A DNA stretch of 64,000 nt from the NCBI GenBank assembly GCA_051362555.1, contig CM120643.1, forward strand, positions 23,688,848 to 23,752,847. Reading direction: 5' to 3'. Below the pieces are notes generated by a model that had not been told where the DNA came from, did no database searches, and saw nothing but the letters and a program-made list of their open reading frames with translations. Below are positions 50,301 through 62,600 of the stretch, one piece after another (positions within the stretch are counted from its first letter, which is position 1; each line of letters starts with the position of its first letter). The DNA comes from Lingula anatina. Taxonomy: Eukaryota; Animalia; Brachiopoda. The translations under genes and the position numbers were made by a program.

Positions 50301-53300
50301 AAATATCATTGCAGTTTGTCAGATTCAATCATCTACTATATTCATTATCTCAGAATGGAGGAAATTGGACATTTAACACTGTTCTATTGATATTTTTCCC
50401 ATCTCATCAATTTTCTTAGTTGATCATATACAAATGGTAGAAAACTGTTTATTTTGTTTTAATATGTTAAAAAGTGTTTTAAAAATGGAAGTAAACCCAT
50501 TGCAGAACAGTGCTGTCTTGTTTCAGCATATATGCAGCACCGATAACACGATTAGTGGAAAACCATTTTACCTTTTCCTTTGAAACTTACAAAACTGATG
50601 AATATTCATAATACGCAGGTCAAGTTCGAAAATCAGCATGATCGGGTCATTTTTAGGGAAGTTATGCTGTTTTTCACTTTTTTCAGCATATATGCAGCAC
50701 CGATAACACGATAAGTGGAAAACCATTTTACCTTTTGGTTTCAAACTTACAGAACTGATGAATATTCATAATACGCAGGTCAAGTTTGAAAATCAGTATG
50801 ATTGGGTCATTTTTAGGGAAGTTATGCTGTTTTTCACTTTTTTCAGCATATATGCAACACTGATAACATGATAAGTGGAAAACCATTTTACCTTTTGGTT
50901 TGAAACTTGCAGAACTACGGTAATGTGCCAAGCATTTCGACGGGCCCAGTCAATCCGACCACAAAAATTATTTTATAAAATTAATTTTTCTGGGCTCAAA
51001 CATTTAGTCCATACGTCAAAATCATACGACAGAATTTTTTTCTTGTTCCGATTGTTCGACCACATCGTCGGCAAGACTCGGTAAATTTTCAAGCCAGTGA
51101 AATAGAAGCTGCATGCCTCGGCCCTTTGTCAATTGTTGTCCTTTCAATAGCTCTCATCAATGAGGAAGAAACAATTATTGAAGATCTAATCTGGAAGTCC
51201 CCGATGACAATAATAGTGCTTATAGACATGTAACTTGTGCTAATTAAGCAGACTTTCCCTCGCTGACTGATTCATCACGCCCGTAACTGGGGGGAGGGGG
51301 GGGGGGGTTTAAAAAAGGTATATTCTGGATGAAACCAAATATCGACAGTGGGTAGAAAACGTCGTAAACACCTTCATATAGACCATATATAGCGTTTGCT
51401 AGCAATAAAAAGTTTGGGAAGAATAAGCAATTTATTTTCAAGTTCGATTGAAATATATATGCAGATGGGGAAACGTTCTTGAAGTCAACACCGCAAGATA
51501 TTACATTTACTACAATCGACCGAAAGATCAGCGGGATCGACCGCCCAGACTTCTTGGCGCCAAATACCACGCGCTGTCAAAATCTGACAAACAGGTGTAG
51601 CTGTTCACCTACATGGATAACTGATTTGTCAACAATAAAAATGACGTCTTCCTTAACTCTATAGGAGCTTCAAAGAGAGTTCCACTGGGTATTTACGTTA
51701 CCTATGAGTCACTTTCTATTTCCCCAGATGCATGAAATGTTGATATCATTTAGCGTAATCATCGAAGAACTCCATTCCTGTTACCCCCCCCCCCCCCCCC
51801 CCCCCAAAATGGGACCGTCTTCGTTAACATGTGGTTTGCGCTATGCTGGAGCAGACCAGATGATACCAGTCTCTCATTTTTGCATGTGCTCAATTCTCAT
51901 GTCAAATTATAAATGCACCTGTTTTGTGAAAATTATGGCAATAAAATGTTTTTTTTACGTTCGGGTTGTATCAGTGGGGTTTTCAACATGCACCGTGGTT
52001 TGTGCACAGCGAGAGTATATAAGTAAGAAAATCGGAAGAGTGCCAGCAAGATACTGTACTGTATGTCTATCGGCACAGGTAGGCTCCGTGTTTTGCCTTT
52101 TCTCAGTATGCTTTTTAAATAAAATACTTAAAAGTAATTTGAAGTTACACTGATTTCCGTTTGAGTACCAGTTGGTATTCTTTGATACGGGTGATTGAAT
52201 TTTCTTCGGAAGTACGTACGCCTACGCCGGCCTCGACGCTGAGCAAGCCTTGCGGGTTGAAAACAACTGATCTCAGACTGGTAAAAAATTTCAATTCGGT
52301 TGATTTCAGTTGTCATATTAAAATTCAAATAAGGCGTACGTAGATCACATAACTAGTTAAAGTCCACTAAAGCTACCGGTTTCAAATATTTATAAGTGAC
52401 CGGCCTTTGTTTACAACACCTGTCTCCGGGGAAATACTCGTCCCACTTGTGAAGCGCATCATGAAAATGATCGTAGGTGAGGGAAATATATAACTAGAAA
52501 TTATACTTGTCGTCTTTTTTAATGTTAAGTAATGTTAGCACATATTGTGCACAGCAAAATAAGATTTCAGAAGGAGGATAAAACATGTCTGAAGCACGTG
52601 TTAGGCGAAAATTGCGGCTTATCTTGCGTAACACTTCCGGTAAAATGCAATAACTTCCGGAAAGATGGACGTTTTGGCAGATGCCCCTAACAATCCGACG
52701 ATATCAAAGGTTTCCATTTGCTGTATTTTAATCAATTCAACCAAACTGACATTTCCATGAAATTAATTAATTAATCTTGGTCGAATTGTTTGGCATATTA
52801 CCGTAATGAATATTCATAATACGCAGGTCAAGTTTGAAAATTGGCATCATCGGGTCATTTTTAGGGAAGTAATGCTGTTTTTTTCACTTTTTTCAGCATG
52901 TATGCAACACCTTTGTGCTATATGATGGTACTGTATGGATGACAGTCTATAAAATTGTCCCTTGGGTGATCACTAATTAAATTAAGGTCTATAAAGTCAC
53001 TTGCCTACTCATTAATTTTCAATTGGCCATTAAATGAGATTACATAAAACACTCTTGAGATTTCCCTGTAAAGTCCCATAGGTTTAGCTCTCTTAACTGT
53101 GTCACAAAATTAGGATTTGGTGATAATTGTGCAGATAAATGGTGTTTAACATTGCAAATAAATTTACAACAAAAAGAATGTGTTATGCCAACATGCTATA
53201 GATGAATAACAGTGCTTTGTTTTTCTCAAACTTGATTAAAAGTTTGAATAGCAGCTTTATTGGAATTTTTTACGTTTTATTTAAAATTTTTTTAAAATTA

Positions 53301-56300
53301 TTTTTCAAACACAAGCATCTTCAAGATTTTATACTCCCATCCACCAGAAGTGCTGTGCATTTTCTGTATTTTTGTATATAATTGTTATTTCTTCAGATTT
53401 AATTCTTAGGCATGTTAACAGTCTCATTATGGAACTAATAAGATATGTAAAAGTGTTGTTTTGACATTTTCTGCTTCTTGACAATATTGTTTGTTGATTA
53501 TATAAAAATGACGGTAAACCTGTTATAATATTGTGCATTGTGTAATAAAGTATCATAAATGAAAAGGAACTCATCATTGCAAATTGGAGCAAATTGGACA
53601 TTGAAAATTGTTCTATTGCTATTTTTCCTATGTCAACAATTTTCCTAGTTGAACATTTAAAAATGACAGTTTATTGATCATTTTGTTTTAAAAAAGGTGT
53701 TGAAAATGGAAAGAAAATCATTTCAGTACAGTTATCTCTTGTTTACATTTTGGCATTTTGAAAGTGTGACTCTGAACTTCCATGGCCTTGAAGACCTTCC
53801 CAAATCACATTTTCTGAATATTCATGATACTTTTATTTTTTTATAAAAAATTTGATGGTCATTATGCTGTTAAGTATTATGTTTTATTGCATGAAAGTTT
53901 TGGACACTGCTGCCAGGATAGCGATTAAGGGAAAACCATGTTACTTACGATACTGAAACTTAGTGAAAAGTTTCATAAGACAGAAGTGCGTAGCTTGTGT
54001 TTAAAAACCAGTGTGATTGTTTTCTGTTTTGGAGGCAATGCAGGTTTATAGAGTGCTATACTGGCATTTTCAAGTTGTGACTTATCACTCCCATCTGCCA
54101 GGAGCCCTGTACTCTTACTTTGTAACATTTTCTGTATTTTGTTAAGTTACAAGAATGATTCTTAGGATTGACATACAACCCCCCCAAAAAAATTAATAAT
54201 ATATAGTTATAATATATATATATATATTTAATGAGTTTAAGCAATTTTTTTTTTGTGTGTACAGTCATATGGCAACTGGCTGCGCGTAGGAAAATATTCA
54301 GAACGGAGCGTGAGCGCTGAGATGACGTCGCTGTCGAAATTTTGTTAAATGCGTAACCATTGCAGAAATTCATGAATTTTCCTTAATTGCCCTCATACGT
54401 GCTTGTGAAAAATTAAGACATGGTAGCAGAGTTCACTACGCGTCTCGACGTGTGCGATTCACTTGCAAGGAAGCAGAAATGAACGAGTTAGAACTCAACG
54501 AAATCGGCCAACGGGTCAATTTTGGGCCGTAGCAACACTGTAACAATTTGAGATTTCTCCTTTATTAGAAATAACGCATCTTAGTAAAGTCCGTAAAATG
54601 TGGCTTTTTTAATAAGAAATATAATTGTCAAGTTTCATCGAAGTTTATTGTAGCAACTTTTTATGCGAGCTGTTGAAGTGCATTTTTTGACCCTATTCCG
54701 CTAGATGTCAGCCATATTCTGACGTCATATTCTCCAATACAGAAGCAAGTGAAGGTCTGAAGATTTAATTAAATTTCGAAAAGTAAAATACTTTTCACTT
54801 ATTTGCACAATAAAATGGCCTTTTTAGTATAATAAATAATATCTGAGGTGTTAAACTAATTTTACCTTCATAGATGTCTTATTTCAAAAGACGGATGTTT
54901 ATCGGTTTCGCACTTGCACAAAACAAGCCGAGTGATGCGAATCCTCCTCGAAATTTGCTGCCATAAGTTTAATCTGCACAATCCTGAGTTATGAGTAGAC
55001 TGAACACAACATATTCATTCTGTTTACCATTGCGGACTGCGGCTCTGCTTACACTGTATGTTTTTTATTCATATTAAAAATAATGAAAAATAACCGACTT
55101 CTTATGCAACGGCTTCGATAGTTTTTCCCCGTGGTGCGGAGGAGTTCTATTAGTGGATATAAGAACAAGAAAAATTTGGCTTTTAAGGAAAAAGAAGAAC
55201 TATATTTCTCATGGAAGTCCTAAATTTTCCAGCTTAAAATATTCTTCAAAAACTCATATATGTCAATTAAGTCAAATTTAAAATAATTTACCCTAAAATC
55301 TTGATTCCCACACCCCCTTCATTTTGCAACTATGAACTAAGCCACCCAGCTATTTGAGATGTGGCATTTGAATCTTTGATACTTTTTGGATACATTTTTT
55401 CACTTGTCAAACTTGTTTAGGAAAAGTTTTATAAATAGCTCAACATATAACCTCCTGCATAAATGATATCAGAATACATAAACCCTATCTTAGGATCGAT
55501 TTTTGTATAAATGATAAAATCCCATTGACGAAATCTAACAGAATAGGAGCAATTTTCAAAATGTACCTACAAAGTTACAGGGTTAATTGCCTTGCTGTCG
55601 CATGCCACGCATCAAGGATAGGTGAAGGTCATTCAGGAAAATACTCACTGGAATGACTAGTTTAAATCGGTTGCGTTCGATTCAACATCGTTCTCAGGTT
55701 GGTTTTTATTATATTTGATTAAATTTTTAACTTTCAGCAGTATCAAGGTCAAGAAATTTCACTGTTTGGCAGAGGTATCGAGAAACGTCATTTTTTCAGT
55801 TTTATTTCGTTGACTGTTGAATTCGGGTGCAGTGTGACTATACTAGAGATAACGCATTCTTGAAACTTTGAAATTTTAAACCTATGATGATATTTTACAT
55901 TATATCTAAAAATGAATAAAATTCAGGCTAGCAACTTTTTTCCTCGCACTATAGTCCCACCCCCTACGAGATACATTTTTTTGGTTCATTTTTTTCCAAA
56001 GTCCTAAAATCGTGTCCGTATTTCATTCATAAATAATGCTCATTCCCGTAATGCTTTGAAACCACGGGTAAGAGTTCATGCTTTTCTACATGTCTATAAA
56101 AAATGACTGCACAGAGTGCCCTTGTTAGATTTTAATAGAGCTTTATTTGCAAGGTATGGTTTTTCACGTCGGCCATCGCAGTTGTCCAATAACGGCGCTA
56201 TTTCGTGACGCGGACTCACTGAAAAGTTTCAAATAACCGCCATGACGTTACGTTTTTCAGCCAGTTGCCATCTGACTGTGTAATTTTCACTGTACCTCAT

Positions 56301-59300
56301 TCTGGCATTTCCAAAGTTTAACTCTTATCAGCCTGACACCTTAGGGACTATTTCCAGACCCTATCACGCTAACTGTGGATCCATCTATCTCCGTGGGAAT
56401 TCTCGCTAAATTGCAATCAATGTAAGTGGCTTAGTTGTCTGTCATGCCTACTGAAACTGGCATGCCAGAATCCTAAGGCTCTCAAACTGAAAGCAATTTA
56501 GTGAGAAACCCCTTGGAGTTGCATTGATCCTGTTCGATTGATCTAGGTATGGGAACTTAGTCTAATGCTTGATACACATTTTACTTTCATCCTAATCCAA
56601 TGTTATGCAGAATAAGAATTTGATGTTGGCTATGCAGTTACAGTAAGCATAATACATTAGTTCTTCAGAATTGACAGTATCCTATTTCCTGCGTTTTTAT
56701 TTTCTGGTTTTTGTCTGTACATTTGACAGCTTTGCTGCCTTGTTGATTGATCATATAAAAATGACAGTAAATTGATTATTTTGCTTTATGTAAAAAAGGT
56801 GTTGAAAATGGAAATAAACTCTTTCAATACAGTTTTCTCTTGTTTACATTTTGGGATTTTCAAAGTATGGCTCTGAACTCTGAACTCTATAGGCTAGTCA
56901 CATTTTCTGAATATCCATGATACTTTTATTTTATTATTAAAAAATTTATGGTTATTATGCTGTTAAGCAATGTGTAATGTTGCATCAAAATTGAACAAAA
57001 CCCTATTCTGGGCACTGCCTCCGTAGTGGCGGTGAAAGGAAAACCATGTCACTTGCTCTTCTCACACTTACAGGAAAGAAACATAGGACTGAAATACAGC
57101 TTCAGTTGAAAAATTGTCTCATTAGTTAATTGTTTGGAAGTAATACAGGTTTTTTTGTGAAAATTTTTATCTTTCACATGTTGCAATTTTCAATGTGGGA
57201 CTTAGAGCTCCCTTGGGCATGAAGCCCAGTGGTAATCAAATTTTCTTAATGTCCATGTTTTTAATAGTAGATATTTTAAAATTGGTGGTATTTAATTAGT
57301 TAATCATTATGTAATGTTGCATCAAAATTGACAAAAAACCTACTTTGTGCTCTGCTACCATTAATATTATGTAAAGTAAAGTGTTACTTTCTATTTTTTT
57401 ACCATTCTTACAAAAATGATTCTTAGGATTGACATACAGCTCATATTAGAGAACCAGCTCTATTGGATTATCATTTTTATTAAATTTATGAATTTTTTGT
57501 GAAATTTTCATTTTTCTCATTCTGGCACTTTCTAATTGTAAACTTGAACTCTGATGGGCCTGGAGCCTTATGCTTTTACTTTCATCAGTGATACCTGTAG
57601 GTTGTGCGTAATTAAAATTTGATGTTGACTGTGCAGTTAAACATAATGTATTATTGCATCAGAATTGGTAGTCTCCTGTTTTATTTTGTGCATTATTGTT
57701 TTCTGCTTTTCTTAAGGTGTGACTTATGGGCCTGAAGACCTTTGATAGACAAATTTGTGTGGTCAGTCTGTAAATTCCCCTTGGGTATTCACTAGGCTAA
57801 TTTCAGTGCTATAAACTCATTTGCCTAATTAAGCGGCCATTAAATGAAATTTCATAAAGCACACTCGTTGATATTTCCCTTTAAACTCCCAAAGGTTAAG
57901 CTCTCTGCTAGATAACATAGTGTCCATAATAAGGAAGCAGTGAGTAGCAGCTTCATTGGAATTATATTTTTGTTTTCTTTCTAATTTCTTCTCCAACACT
58001 GGCATTTTTAAGATGTGATTTTTAACTCCCATCCACCTGAGGCTCTGCACGTTTTCAGTATTTCCACATAAGCAGTTGTATTGGTATTTATGTCTTTAAA
58101 CACACTGTAATATTATTTTATGCACTGTCATCAGTTTTCATATATTGGGACTTTCATCATGTGAATTTTAATTCTCAAGGTCCTGAAACTGTAATCTTAT
58201 TGAAGGGGATTGATTGAGACCATTTTCTGGGTCTCCTGGAAGACGGTCAGATTTTAAAATTTATATTTACGGGTTTCTGTTGGAAGACCATCAAAATGGA
58301 GGATGGATCAACAAAGATACTTTGGAATACTGTCAGAAAATATCTCTGGATCTGCTCCTGTTATTGACCATGTTACCTGTTGTGATTAAAAATCAGTGTT
58401 GACTGACAGTGCTATTATAAGCATATATTATTGCATCAAAATAGACAAAATGACCTATGTTGCATCTTTTTTTTCTGTTTTTTTGTCTGTACATTTGACA
58501 GCTTTGCTGCCTTGTTTCTATGTTTAAGTAGAGATTAGAAATTATAAGTTCATGATTTCTGTTGGAAATATTAGATAAAAATAGAGATTCAAGTGAAGAT
58601 AATTCTGGGTTTCACCCTTTTATCAGTTGCTTGTAAATTAATTATTCTAAAGGTCTGTATTTTTAGCCAAATTAACTTTCAGAAAGGAAAGTATCTTATT
58701 GGTATTTTTCATTTTGTTTATTAACTCTTAGTATCCTTTTCATAATAATGATACAATTTGCAGGTGCTAGTATATTTTTTGTACTTTTGAAGCAAACATT
58801 TCTACGTACTGCTGAATTAAATTTTAAAATCATGATAATCACAAAATGATAAATATAGCGCTTATTCGAAAGAAGAATTAGTTATTTCTGTGCCCCACTT
58901 TATACTTGCAAGTTGTTTTTCAGGCAAGCCAAGCTGAGGCAGGACATAGTGGCCACACTGGTCAGCCTCAACAAGACCCCAGGGGTCAGCAAGCCAGCAT
59001 GGCAGGCATGTCAAGACCTTTAAACAAAGCACAGGGCAATCAGGTAATATGATAAAAAAATGAAATATGATGAAAACCATACAAAGTACTATAATTATAT
59101 AAATGTAATGTAATAGTTTGTTTTAATTTTTGATCATGTCACAGACAGTACCAAATTCTTTTTTTTTTTTTTTTGTCTAGTTTTTTTACTGATATTGTCT
59201 GTCCAGGCAAAAAGATAAATTAATTTGATAACATTTTTTACAAGTGAAAATTATTATAGAAATATTTTAGACTTACAATGCTTGCATATTAAGAAATTGT

Positions 59301-59570
59301 ATTTATCCAAAACACCCTGAACTTTGTGAACAGCAGAGCAGCAGAGGTGCCAGAGAGTTGGAGGAAGATTTAGGTGACCTCAGTCTGCAGGAGGATGGCA
59401 GCATGGGCTATGGTAGCCAGAGGCCAGGCAGTGGTGGTGACCAGCAGCTAAGAGACCAAAGTTACGGCAAGCCTGTACAAAGGGTAACTGCTGACAGGTT
59501 AGGGTCCTCGCCATGTCATCCCTCACACACCTCCATAGTGTATACTGTCAGTCTGTCTCTCTCTCTCTCT

Positions 59571-59616
<46 letters not shown>

Positions 59617-62600
59617 AAGTGTGTGTGTGTGTGTGAAAGAGAGAGAGAGAGAGAGAGAGAGAAAAGAAAAGTAAAAGAGATTAGGAAGATTTAATAAACA
59701 CTCTTTTACATCAATCTGCATAATTATGTAACCCTAGTTAAAAAATAAGTAAATTTGACTGGATTTGTTTAGTCAAAGTGTATGTGCACCTTTGCTGAAT
59801 GCTTTGTTTCCATGGGATTGATATTTGGCTTAATTCCTTTTATATGTACTGTAGCCGTGAGTATCGCCCTAAAGCACCAGGACCACATTATAGTGAATCC
59901 CCAGGGGTTTCTCATACCCCCTCTCTACAGGTACACACAAATGAAGAACTTCCCAGGCAGAACATATCGACTGGACTGGGGTAAGTTGTCAGTGTCTTAG
60001 GAGGCTGGTATTTATTGGATTGTTCAGTTAATAAGATTCAATATGTACTTGTGAGGAAAAGTGTGCTGTGTGTTTTTACTTGTTATGGTAAGTAACAGCT
60101 AGTTACATGTATAAGCCAAGATACTGTAACAGAAACTGCAATGGGAACGTCCATTTATTTTACTTGGTAATTTTGGCCATATTTTCCATCATTTTGACAG
60201 TCCAAACCATAATTTGGACCCACCTTTTCATTAGAGGCATCTGGCATGGTTTATGTTTACATAAGTATTAATTTGCCAGCATTTATCAATTATTTTCTTC
60301 ATTTATTTATTGCAAGGCAAATCATTGAAATTGAACTTCCTATTTTTTATTCCTTATTTTGCTGGTCTGAAAAATACACCCTTTGATAAAATTTAACTTC
60401 TGAATGTTATCTGTGGTTCAAGCTTTCAAAAATCGAATGCCCTTTTAATTTTGTCCAATTTTAGTGTGAGTGTTTTGCATGTTTTTTCCTGTTCTGCAGA
60501 AGACATCTTATTGGCTATTGCTGCTGCTTCATTTGCTTCTTTGAAATAATTCTAACTTCATTCTCTGTGATGGTTACTGTTTTCTAAATGCTATTTCCCC
60601 CTGCTATTGTTTTGTCCTTAATTTAAAAAAGCATCATTTAAACAAACATCTCACTGTCAGTAATCCTTGATTCAGAATGCCCCAATCACAAGATGATATA
60701 TATTATTGTTAATATTTAGACCTGATTATCAACCTGGAGTCAACTTAGATCCTCGCCTCTGCAACACCAACCCACTCGGCCCTGTCCAGAGGAATACAAC
60801 TGAGGATTTGTAAGTACACACCCCTCTTTTCAGGAGTTAGACCCCATTCCCATAGATTTTAGATCGATCTATCCCTGTGGGGAGTCTCACTAGATTACTG
60901 TCAGCTTAGCTGGCTGAAGTGTCTGTCCCGCCTACTAATATAAAAGCTGTAAGGGGGTAATTAACTATGGTGCACGCTCGGCTGACTGCAATTTAGTGTG
61001 AACTCCCAGGGAGTTAGGTCGATCTAGATCTAAATCTCTGGATCGATCTAAATCTTTGGGAATGCACCCTTAGACTTTAGGTTACTGCTAGGCAGGCCCA
61101 TAGTTGGGGGTGGGGGTCAAACTAACTGAACTTTTTGACGGTAAAATTTTATTTACCAGTAGGTACACCAAGGTTCTTTGTGTAAAGGTCCAATTTTTCT
61201 CTTCAAATGGCTGGCCATGGGCCTGAACTAGTACTACTAGTAGGACACTGAGGATTTTGAGAAAGCTGTGTGGTCATCAAGAACTGTTGAGAACAACTAA
61301 GGACAGGAAGCTGTAAGAAACCCTTATCACTGATGTCATGAATGGATTGATGTGGAACTTAGCGATGTGAAATGTGGTCTCAGTTGCTAAGTATATTAAC
61401 TGGTTATCAGTGCATGAATAAAGTCAGACCCTCCCCTCCCCCCCCCCTCCCTCCCATGGAGGATCTGTCTTTGGAATTTTCTGACTTGACATTTGGTTCC
61501 AATCATGGGGCTAGTTCACATCAGCACCAAATGAGACCGAATAAGTCTTACTGATGTCATGATGTCAGGGTTCTTCATTATGTAGAATTTTAATATAATT
61601 TTGTATGTTAAAGGATAGTTGTGGTGCTTTGTGGTGGTGCATGCAAATTATGCCAGTTTGCTTGATGTGTTGTACAGTTGTAATGTGTACACTTTGTATA
61701 TTAAAGGACAATTGTGACTGGTGCTTTGTGGTGGTGCATGCAAGTTATGCTGGTTTGCTTGATGTGTTGTATTGTGATGTATAATACTAGTAAGTGCTCA
61801 TTCTGCATAATATATGATAATTTCTAATTGCCCTTTTTACATACATGTATTTTTAGATCCCAGTATTATAATCCGAGGCCAAGGTCATCTGATGCTAGAG
61901 GTCAAAGGTCACATAATTCCCCTGATATTGCCACTGATGGAGAGACGGTGACAACTGACTCAAGGCCATATAGTGCTGGAAGCACAGCTAGCACAGGGAC
62001 TTTCCCACAGTCTATACCCACAGAGGGAGGGTACTGGTTTTATCCTGCACCCGGGCAGCCTCCAGTCTTCATCCCAGCGGTAAGATCTCTTCATGAGCTG
62101 TGTACCCCTGTACATGTATATTTTACATATTTTAATATTAATATGATTGTGATATGTTGAAATATTATGTTAACAGAAGATGATGATATTTCTGTAAAAA
62201 TACCTGGATGGCCTTCATTCTGTTACTGTGCAACATGTACTGTAGTATGTTCAGTGTAAAATGTAGAATTTTCATAATTGGTTTTTTTTCATAATTTGTT
62301 TTTCATTGAGCTGTGTACGGTACATGTATATTTTACATGTAAATTTTAATGCTATATATTGACATTTTCATAATTGTTATTATTTTGACATGCATAAATT
62401 AATTATGATGTAAAATGGCTTAATTTCCATTTTTCTCCACTGTGATATGTTGAACACCTTATTTTCATATCTAATATTATATAGAATGCATTTTTTGTAT
62501 CAAAATGTAAAATTTAAAAGATTTGCAGTTGGTTAACATTTTAATATGTTGGGTTCAAAACATTTTAGCTACATTGATAAAAAAAAATAAAAACTACAAA

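Larger units (their letters stand above)
26106..56744 (+). mobile_element. HINE-A copy expanded to ~30.6 kb by nested insertions
   Basis: Pieces 26106-26320, 29873-30028, 38938-39234, 49937-50917, 52804-54261, 56279-56744 reconstruct a copy like 26321-29872. Confidence 0.72.
18712..58516 (+). mobile_element. ~39.8-kb nested HINE-A cluster filling RIPK intron 6
   Basis: Left ends at ~18712, 20967, 26106, 26321, 30029, 30239, 31860, 39235, 39805, 40180, 41429. Right ends at ~24402, 25379, 29872, 34191, 34590, 38937, 42201, 48528, 49936, 56744, 58516. Confidence 0.88.

Noticed and set aside
19916-50931. Many recurring short ORFs (MKLTELMNIHNTQVKFEN..., MLKKVKKQHKFP..., ...CRRRRRR)
   Set aside because: Incidental frames in HINE repeats and the CGTCGC microsatellite; stops and frameshifts vary between copies.
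51244-52343. ORFs inside the TA-target transposon as a possible transposase
   Set aside because: Short, overlapping, with poly-Pro from C runs; no DDE or HTH motifs recognised.
18444-58923. Possibility that the kinase exons and RHIM exons are separate genes
   Set aside because: Exon 6 ends at a phase-0 donor without a stop, exon 7 starts in phase 0, and the gap is nearly all nested transposons. RNA confirmation is still needed.
61372-61554. Possible extra RIPK exon
   Set aside because: No convincing splice signals; the flanking exons already join in phase.
61610-61770. ~90-bp local tandem duplication in an intron (also 62091-62130 versus 62304-62340)
   Set aside because: Ordinary short intronic duplications with no evident function.
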